Shown here: piece after piece, positions 6,707 to 12,704 of the stretch
How the letters are laid out: every line of letters starts with the position of its first letter
Numbering within the stretch: position 1 is the first letter of the stretch
Origin: Silvanigrellaceae bacterium
Lineage (GTDB): Bacteria; Bdellovibrionota_B; Oligoflexia; Silvanigrellales; Silvanigrellaceae
NCBI GenBank assembly: GCA_049423385.1
Contig: JBMSQQ010000098.1
Coordinates: 1 to 12,704 of the forward strand
Length of the DNA: 12,704 nt
Reading direction: 5' to 3'
Position numbers and translations under genes: made by a program
The notes under the pieces: model-generated
The model's database searches: none
What the model was told of the DNA's origin: nothing
The model's input: the letters and a program-made list of their open reading frames with translations, nothing else

Positions 6707-7471
6707 ATGAGCCTAAGATTGAACTTGATTTTCCTTACTCTCACTTCAATATCGGGAATTGCACTCGCCCAGCGAAATTCTTCAACCAGCCAATTTGCAC
6801 CTCTTGCTGAAGCAAAAAAGAGTGCTGCCGCGCAGACCTCGGCAGTGGCACTCGACGTGCCGACCTTACCGGTTCAAAATTCGCAATCTGGAAGCCAGGA
6901 CCACTCTGCCAATGTAGGCCTTGGGATCGGCATGGGATTTATTCCACACCCGACCGTCAGATTTGACCTGGACCTGCTTTTCAATCAACCGCACGTTCTG
7001 ACGGTTTCGTTTGAAGCCAGCACGTTCAGCAACAATCACTTCATCGCCAAGTCTCTGCTGGTCAACAACTATGAGCGGGACGTCAAACGACGAAGACTCT
7101 CTGTGATGTATCGAAATTCATTTACCTCAAGTCTCTACTACACGTTCGGTCTTGGTTTCGAAAACTACTCGGCCAACCTTCTGGCGCCTGCAACTGAATA
7201 CAGTCAAGATTACAAGTCTGTCGTAACAGGGATTCGGCAAGGCTACACCGTCACGACGGGACTTGGACAGTCGTTTCACAGCGGACCTGTACTATTCCGC
7301 ATTGAATGGGTCGGCTTCTCATTTTTGAGACTTTCAAAAGACATCACGTATTTCAATGCCGACTCGTCGGAGGGAGCAGCAGCAAAATTGGCGGATTCGA
7401 AAGCCAAATTGAAAGCGGACACAGCCGAATCCATTCGCCTCATGAACATCACATTGAGCTACGAATTTTAA
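6707..7471 (+). CDS. Probable outer-membrane beta-barrel protein (254 aa)
   Basis: Start reassigned from 6071 to ATG 6707 (GGAG SD). Sec signal MSLRLNLIFLTLTSISGIALA-Q. Alternating amphipathic strands (NVGLGIGMG, VRFDLDLLF, LYYTFGLGFE, YTVTTGLG, FRIEWVG). The C-terminal ITLSYEF fits a BAM beta-signal. Confidence 0.8.
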   Translation: MSLRLNLIFLTLTSISGIALAQRNSSTSQFAPLAEAKKSAAAQTSAVALDVPTLPVQNSQSGSQDHSANVGLGIGMGFIPHPTVRFDLDLLFNQPHVLTVSFEASTFSNNHFIAKSLLVNNYERDVKRRRLSVMYRNSFTSSLYYTFGLGFENYSANLLAPATEYSQDYKSVVTGIRQGYTVTTGLGQSFHSGPVLFRIEWVGFSFLRLSKDITYFNADSSEGAAAKLADSKAKLKADTAESIRLMNITLSYEF

Positions 7472-7505
7472 AGAGTCGACCGTTCAATCATCTCAAAAAA
7501 GTCAG

Positions 7506-8603
7506 TTAGCGACAGAGCTGCTGAGCGTTTTTCGAGTCGCGGAATGCACCAATCGCAAACGCAAGCAAGACAATTTTTTCGAGTGACGTAGGCAGCGATA
7601 GATTTGCAGGACCACCAAAAACCGCAGGAATTGTTCTGACAAGATTCACGGAACGCCCAAGGTAACCCTTGACCATGTTTCCATAGTCAATTCGAATGCA
7701 ATTTCCGTTGCATGTGCCGTCTCCAACCGTGGCGTGAGAAATTTTATGGCTGCTGAGACGCTTGGCAATCAGTGCATTGACACCCTTGTCCACGACCCAG
7801 TCGCCGCTCGCAATCTGAAGTGCTCCGGGAGAACTCGTCGGCAATCCGAGTGCCGCACTCAGGCCAATGCTTGCACCCGCCAAACTGGGATCAGGCTTGG
7901 AACGGGCATTGATTGCGGTGAAGAAATTCGCATGAATTGAAAGATAATCGGCCAACACAGGAAGCGAACCCGAGATTCCGGTCGACGCAAACTTCCCCGA
8001 CCAGGCAGCGTGCACGTCGTCGCGCACACCAAATGCAAGACCCAGATAGGAATTCAAACCGGCTCCAACCGAACCCGAACCAAGCACAGCTTCCAACGAA
8101 CGGTATTTGAAGGATGCAACCTGAAAATTGTAGAAGTCCCAGACGTAGTCGATACCCGCAACCCCGTGTATGCCCATCCCTGCCTCGGCACTCGTTCCCA
8201 CAAAAAAATAAGGACGCAAAAGGGAATTTTGTTGAACACGCATGAGTGGTTTCAGGAGTGCACAGGGCTTTTTGTTGATTTCAAGCCAGCGCTGGCGGGC
8301 ACCACGAATGATCCCTGAAAGAAAATTATTTTTTACATGACCAGAATTGTTTTGCGACAATCCAAAGGAGTTTTGCAAAGAACTCTCCTCGTTCAATACT
8401 CCCTCGAAAGCATTTTCAATATTCGTGCTGGCCTCGGACTCAATCTGGTCCGCGGAAGCAACACTCAAATCCTGTGAAGGCTTTGGCTTGCAGGCCGCAA
8501 AAATGAAGCAAATCAGAACCAAAGATGCTCTGGTCCTGACTTCAAACATCAGGGGTGCTTTTTCGTGAAACAATTTCCTCACAGCGTTTGAAACCCTGTT
8601 CAC
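7506..8603 (-). CDS. Hypothetical lipoprotein with Gly/Ala/Ser-rich beta segments
   Basis: Long ORF with lipobox LVLICFIFAA-C-KPK. GTG 8603 overlaps the upstream stop (GTGA). The alternative ATG at 8549 gives a normal-length signal peptide. Confidence 0.8.
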   Translation of the reverse strand: MNRVSNAVRKLFHEKAPLMFEVRTRASLVLICFIFAACKPKPSQDLSVASADQIESEASTNIENAFEGVLNEESSLQNSFGLSQNNSGHVKNNFLSGIIRGARQRWLEINKKPCALLKPLMRVQQNSLLRPYFFVGTSAEAGMGIHGVAGIDYVWDFYNFQVASFKYRSLEAVLGSGSVGAGLNSYLGLAFGVRDDVHAAWSGKFASTGISGSLPVLADYLSIHANFFTAINARSKPDPSLAGASIGLSAALGLPTSSPGALQIASGDWVVDKGVNALIAKRLSSHKISHATVGDGTCNGNCIRIDYGNMVKGYLGRSVNLVRTIPAVFGGPANLSLPTSLEKIVLLAFAIGAFRDSKNAQQLCR

Positions 8604-9235
8604 CGATCAAGGCAACTTGAAAGTTCGGCGTTGGTTCGAACTTGGCCAATCCATCTCTTGGCGACGCTTTCGGGAACCCTGTCTGAGAAAATCTGGGGCT
8701 GAAGTTGCTGGGAAATCTCTGCAAAGCGAAGGTACTGTGAATTTTCCCCGCAACCTAGAATATCTGCAAAAGCCCTCAGGTGATCCCCATCACCCTGTGC
8801 TGATTCCTTTGCGAGACTTTCCAGATTCACAGCCACGAAGGTGGCTTGCTCCTTCAACATTGCATCCTCATCATCTGGAATATCGTTGCAATTCGAAATT
8901 CCCGAGACGATTGAACTTGACTGTGCCGAGCTTGGCCCGGACAAGAAGAAACCGAATGGCGAACCACCAATAGCAACAGTTCCTCCACCAGCAACAACAA
9001 CAACGGATGATGCCACTGAAACGCCGAGATCAGTGCCACCGGCAATGGATAGTTGTGTACCCATGGAATTGTCTTTGGGGTTGAAAACAAGAGTTCCCAA
9101 TCCACACCCACCCATTCCATAGTTTGGCAGTCGGTAGCGGCGCTCTCCTTGGTCTGAAGAACGCCTGGATTTTGCATGAGCTGAAAAAGAAAAAAGGAAA
9201 GAAACACAGAGGCCAAGACACAATTTCATTTTCAT
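8600..9235 (-). CDS. DUF3015-family secreted protein (divergent paralogue with a hydrophobic insertion)
   Basis: Signal ending FSAHA. Motifs YGMGGCGLGTLVF, SGISNC and FVAVNLESLAKESAQGDGDHLRAFADILGC are typical of DUF3015 (recognised from memory). ATGA overlap with the upstream paralogue. Confidence 0.82.
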   Translation of the reverse strand: MKMKLCLGLCVSFLFSFSAHAKSRRSSDQGERRYRLPNYGMGGCGLGTLVFNPKDNSMGTQLSIAGGTDLGVSVASSVVVVAGGGTVAIGGSPFGFFLSGPSSAQSSSIVSGISNCNDIPDDEDAMLKEQATFVAVNLESLAKESAQGDGDHLRAFADILGCGENSQYLRFAEISQQLQPQIFSDRVPESVAKRWIGQVRTNAELSSCLDR

Positions 9236-9747
9236 TGAACAACTCCGGTTTGACTATCCCTTGAGACAAGAACGCAGTCTTTTGCCAAATCTTTGTTTAG
9301 CAGCATCGAGTCCTTCAATTGATCAAGTGCAGCCACAGCACCTGGAGAGGAAAAGATGGCACTGTATTCCTTTTGCGAGTGCGACTTGAAAGCAGGCAAC
9401 TGCTTGTCCCCGCAACCGAGCAAATGCGACAAAGCTTCGAGGGAGGCCCCCTCTCCGCGAGCCATTTCCTTGCTCAATTGCTCATAATTGGCAAACATGA
9501 ACCTTTCCTGTTCAACACTCGCTTCGTCTCCGCGGTCGGGTCTGCAATTTGAAGTCCCCGAGGTGAGCCCCAGATATTTGGACCAGAACGTCCCATTCGT
9601 TGTTGCTGCAGACATTTGACTCCCTTGCCGGCTCATCACGGCAGAACCCATGCCACACCCGGCCATGCCATAGCGCCTGCCTGCGGATGCAAGGGAAGGA
9701 ACGGTTGCCACGGCAACACCGCCCAATACGAGGATCCATTTCAACAT
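9232..9747 (-). CDS. DUF3015-family secreted protein
   Basis: Start reassigned to ATG 9747 (GGAGG 7 nt upstream; signal MLKWILVLGGVAVATVPSLASA). Motifs YGMAGCGMGS, AATTNGT, GLTSGTSNC and FMFANYEQLSKEMARGEGASLEALSHLLGC. Confidence 0.88.
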   Translation of the reverse strand: MLKWILVLGGVAVATVPSLASAGRRYGMAGCGMGSAVMSRQGSQMSAATTNGTFWSKYLGLTSGTSNCRPDRGDEASVEQERFMFANYEQLSKEMARGEGASLEALSHLLGCGDKQLPAFKSHSQKEYSAIFSSPGAVAALDQLKDSMLLNKDLAKDCVLVSRDSQTGVVQ

Positions 9748-9814
9748 AAAAATGCCTCCACAAAAGAAAGAATCACCTGTTGAAAATTCCACCACATGAA
9801 GTCTTCAACAACGT

Positions 9815-9842
9815 TAAAAAGGTCCGCATGTCATGCCGATGT
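9815..9842 (+). promoter_or_regulatory. Possible weaker sigma28-type promoter upstream of the GDSL gene
   Basis: TAAA-N16-GCCGATGT: spacer one base long and two mismatches in the -10. It overlaps a GCATG-T-CATGC inverted repeat. Confidence 0.3.
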
Positions 9843-10010
9843 CAACCTCCCCAAAAATCGCGAATATTCTTTGAACTCTTTGACGAATCATCAAGCTCGT
9901 CAGAATTATGACCGCCGCATGGCTTGCCCTGCGAAGTGTTCGAAACCTCAAATAAAATGCTGGTGGGATAACCTTGGTCGACCCAAATCCCCAAATTCAT
10001 CGAGGCAGGC

Positions 10011-11072
10011 ATGCATTCAAGGCACATCGCTCCAGTCTGCTTTCTTGTCTCTTGCTCTCCCGTCAAGTCCGTGGTCAACAGTTCCCCTTCCCTGCACGTG
10101 AACAGTCTTGTCCGTTCCGATCAGGAATTCCTGTTGAAAGGATTGGTCGAGAAACCAACAGCCAACGGCTTTCGCAATCTGGTTGTCTTTGGTGATTCAC
10201 TTTCCGACCCGGGAAATCTGCATCGCAAAACTCTTGGCTTCTTTTTGCCGACAAACATTTTTTATGGGGCTCGCTTCAGCAACGGACCGATTTGGACAGA
10301 TTACGTCGCGGCATCGCTGAATTGGAAAGTCATCAACTACGCGGTGGGTGGTGCAAAAACCACTGGATACAGATTGCTTGATCGCTTTGTCTCAACGCCC
10401 CTGGATCGTCAAATTGAAGAACATTTACGGGAACTGAAGGGCTTGCCAAAGGAATCAACGGTTGTGGTGATTTGGGTTGGCTCCAACAACTATACTTTTG
10501 AAACGGCGAAATTTCAGGATGCGCAAAAAAAATTGGAGAAGGAAAAACTTCGGAAACACGCAGAGGACTCAATCCTCGACATCCGCAATTCAATTTCGAC
10601 AATGAAGGGTCTTGGATTCAAGAATTTCCTGCTGGGAAGCATTCCTGAACTGGGTGTGTTGATCGACAATCCGAAAGATCCCAGGTTGGCAACGCCTGAA
10701 ACGCTTTTTGCCGCAACAGCGGCGCACAACCACGCATTGGAGAACTTGCTTGCGGATTTTCAAAAGCAAAGCGACATTGTTGTCGGAAAATTCAGTTCCG
10801 GGGAAATCAACCAACAGACCATCGAAAACCCACAGAAGTGGGGTTTCAGACGTCTGGATGTTCCTTGTTACGTTGGCAGCCTGCGCGGGGAATTCTATGG
10901 CCCGAAAGAATTCTGTGCAGACCCAGCCGGACACAAGTTTTGGGAATTCACCCACCCAAACTCAAAAATGCACTGTTACTATGCAAGCCAGTTTTTATCC
11001 GATCTCGCCAGAATCAACATCATTCCAACATTTCCTTTCGAAACCTCGACTGCGCTCTGCAAGAGTCTTTGA
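10011..11072 (+). CDS. SGNH/GDSL hydrolase, probable lipoprotein (lipase/phospholipase; thermolabile-hemolysin/GCAT-like subgroup)
   Basis: Block I LVVFGDSLSDPGN; RFSNGPIWTDY; block II NYAVGGA; block III WVGSNNY; block V FWEFTHPN. Possible lipobox FLVS-C; GAGG upstream of the ATG. Confidence 0.92.
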   Translation: MHSRHIAPVCFLVSCSPVKSVVNSSPSLHVNSLVRSDQEFLLKGLVEKPTANGFRNLVVFGDSLSDPGNLHRKTLGFFLPTNIFYGARFSNGPIWTDYVAASLNWKVINYAVGGAKTTGYRLLDRFVSTPLDRQIEEHLRELKGLPKESTVVVIWVGSNNYTFETAKFQDAQKKLEKEKLRKHAEDSILDIRNSISTMKGLGFKNFLLGSIPELGVLIDNPKDPRLATPETLFAATAAHNHALENLLADFQKQSDIVVGKFSSGEINQQTIENPQKWGFRRLDVPCYVGSLRGEFYGPKEFCADPAGHKFWEFTHPNSKMHCYYASQFLSDLARINIIPTFPFETSTALCKSL

Positions 11073-11170
11073 TCGATCCCAGATAAAAGCGCCCCATTTC
11101 GAATGTCCCTCTGTTTGCTCATGTTGATGCCATCGTGTTAAAAATACCCATTCCCTTTGAGTCGGAGCGA

Positions 11171-11713
11171 ATGATGCGTCTTCTCGTTCTTGCGTTTTCT
11201 CTTCTGGCAATTCCGGCGTGGGCCGGAGTGACCGACCATTTTCAATGCAAATTGAATCTGAAACGTGGTCCACAAACGCAAGCTTTTCAACTCAGGCAAT
11301 TGATGACTGCCGAGCGAAAACCAATAGCCTATCCAGTGCCGGGTGGCAGACAGATTTTCGTAACCGAGGCAGACATCCCTTATGAAATCTATCTGGGATG
11401 GGACAAACTCACCGCAAAAATCACCTACAGACATGCACTCGAAAGAGATGCGCAAGGCAAGGCACTGCGCGCTGCCCAGTGGAAATGTTTTGAGGCCAGC
11501 ATCGAAACCGTAGACGGTCTGGAAAGCTTCAGCTGCGGCGACCAACAGCACGCCGACGACCCGTTCGCTGACCCCAACCAACGCTGGCGTCCGGTCACCA
11601 TCAAGAACGACTCTCCCGACTGGAACGCAGGGCAGGCGTATCATGAGCAGTTTATCAGCGGAAACGACAACCTGACCCTTGACTGTATTGTTCAAAACCA
11701 GAAAATGCTTTAA
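11171..11713 (+). CDS. Secreted hypothetical protein (~180 aa, 4 Cys, beta-rich)
   Basis: Start reassigned to ATG 11171 (GGAG SD). Sec signal MMRLLVLAFSLLAIPAWA-G. Fills the gap between co-oriented genes. Confidence 0.78.
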   Translation: MMRLLVLAFSLLAIPAWAGVTDHFQCKLNLKRGPQTQAFQLRQLMTAERKPIAYPVPGGRQIFVTEADIPYEIYLGWDKLTAKITYRHALERDAQGKALRAAQWKCFEASIETVDGLESFSCGDQQHADDPFADPNQRWRPVTIKNDSPDWNAGQAYHEQFISGNDNLTLDCIVQNQKML

Positions 11714-11749
11714 AAAAAGAGAATCCGCAAACCAGTCGCGGAGTCGGTG

Positions 11750-12571
11750 ATGTTGAAATTCATCCTGGGTGGCTCCATGACTCCTGACACAATCAAAAAA
11801 TTTTCATTTGCAGTGCATCGGACACTTTTACAGCTGTTCTGGTTGTTTTTGAGTGTTGGAATTTCAACTCAGGCGATTGCTGAAATCGCCATCCCCAATC
11901 TTTCATCACCCGTCATCGATGACGCTGGCTTTTTTTCAACAATTGAAAAACAGAGCCTCGAGCGGGATATCCGCGCATTGTTTGAAGCACAGGGCCCACA
12001 GTTGCAAGTCTGGACGTTTCCCACTTCGGAAGGTGAACCAATCGAAAGTCTTTCACTGCGAGCCGTTGATGCATGGAAATTGGGGCGGCCTGGAAAAGAC
12101 GATGGACTGCTGCTGACAATCTCACGCACAGAAAGAAGATTCCGGCTTGAAGTTGGTCGCGGACTCGAGGGCGTCATTCCTGATATTGTGGCGTCGCGAA
12201 TGTTGAGAAACTTTTTGGTTCCAGCACTCAGAAAATCGCAGGCCGCTTTTGGGGTTTCCAGCGTGATTGATGAAATCGCGCGGTTGACCCTCCCTGATGG
12301 TGGAAAAGATTTCGAAGGCAAGGTCATCAAACAACGTCCAGTCCGAAAACGTTCGCTTTTTGATCTGATCGTGTTTTTTTTGTTCATGGGCATATTTGTG
12401 ATTCTCTCCATTGTTTCGTCTCTCAAAAGAGGACGGCGCGGCTTTGGCAGAAGCTACTACGGTGGCGGATGGTCGGGTGGCGGACGCTGGGGCGGCGGAG
12501 GAGGAGGCGGTGGAGGGTGGTCGGGTGGCGGCGGAGGATTCTCGGGTGGTGGCTCGAGCGGTGGTTGGTGA
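11750..12571 (+). CDS. TPM-domain (DUF477/YgcG-like) membrane protein with a Gly-rich C-terminal tail
   Basis: Motifs VIDDAGFFS, WKLGRPGKDDGLLLTIS and RLEVGRGLEGVIPD; TM helix LFDLIVFFLFMGIFVILSIV; tail GGGWSGGGGGFSGGGSSGGW. Start uncertain (11747, 11750 or 11777). Confidence 0.93.
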   Translation: MLKFILGGSMTPDTIKKFSFAVHRTLLQLFWLFLSVGISTQAIAEIAIPNLSSPVIDDAGFFSTIEKQSLERDIRALFEAQGPQLQVWTFPTSEGEPIESLSLRAVDAWKLGRPGKDDGLLLTISRTERRFRLEVGRGLEGVIPDIVASRMLRNFLVPALRKSQAAFGVSSVIDEIARLTLPDGGKDFEGKVIKQRPVRKRSLFDLIVFFLFMGIFVILSIVSSLKRGRRGFGRSYYGGGWSGGGRWGGGGGGGGGWSGGGGGFSGGGSSGGW

Positions 12572-12607
12572 ATAAAGACTTTGCTTGTGTTTGAAAGGAT
12601 ACATTCG

Positions 12608-12704
12608 ATGATGAAAAGAAGAATACTTTCTGGTCTGACTGGAGTTTCACTGGGTCTTTCGCTGGCGGTGGTTTCAGGATGCGGCATCCAGAGCATCCCA
12701 AAAT
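12608..12704 (+). CDS. lemA: 5' part of a probable LemA-family lipoprotein (runs off the window)
   Basis: AAGGA SD, then MMKRRILSGLTGVSLGLSLAVVSG-C-GIQSIPK. SGCG-x-x-x-I is a typical LemA N-terminus, and LemA commonly neighbours TPM genes. Only 32 codons are visible. Confidence 0.68.
   Translation, partial: MMKRRILSGLTGVSLGLSLAVVSGCGIQSIPK

Noticed and set aside
9824..9840. Sigma54-like GGCA...TGC motifs here (minus strand) and at ~6610 and ~9920 (plus strand)
   Set aside because: GG-to-GC spacing is 8 nt instead of the obligatory 10.
12440..12570. GGC/GGT-rich repeat and the antisense poly-Pro ORF 12457..12696
   Set aside because: Explained by the ordinary Gly-rich tail of TPM-domain proteins.
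1..12704. CRISPR arrays, tRNA/rRNA genes, transposases or integrases, strong Rho-independent terminators
   Set aside because: I saw no regularly spaced direct repeats, RNA gene signatures or recombinase motifs. No convincing hairpin plus U-tract was found, including at the convergent junction 7472-7505.

Overview
Bacterial genomic window of moderate GC content, made up almost entirely of genes for exported or envelope proteins. The gene content (tandem DUF3015, Cys-rich secreted proteins, TPM + LemA, sigma28-type promoters) suggests Bdellovibrionota/Oligoflexia, but this is inference only. From the left: (i) a leftward, translationally coupled three-gene operon behind a consensus-like sigma54 promoter, encoding a secreted protein with a mirror-symmetric 7+7 cysteine array plus coiled coil, a 613-aa Cys-rich/coiled-coil lipoprotein, and a 49-aa ORF absent from the ORF track; (ii) a ~900-bp intergenic region rich in inverted repeats; (iii) a two-HKD phospholipase D (ClsC/YmdC-like) with a G10 tract at its start; (iv) a divergent pair, each gene with its own sigma28/FliA-like promoter: a lipoprotein with two six-Cys modules and a probable outer-membrane beta-barrel; (v) a leftward operon of two DUF3015 paralogues and a Gly-rich lipoprotein; (vi) rightward genes for an SGNH/GDSL lipoprotein, a secreted hypothetical protein, a TPM-domain protein and the start of a probable LemA. 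I saw no RNA genes, CRISPR arrays or mobile elements. The best candidate for an undescribed system is the sigma54 operon at 12..3272.
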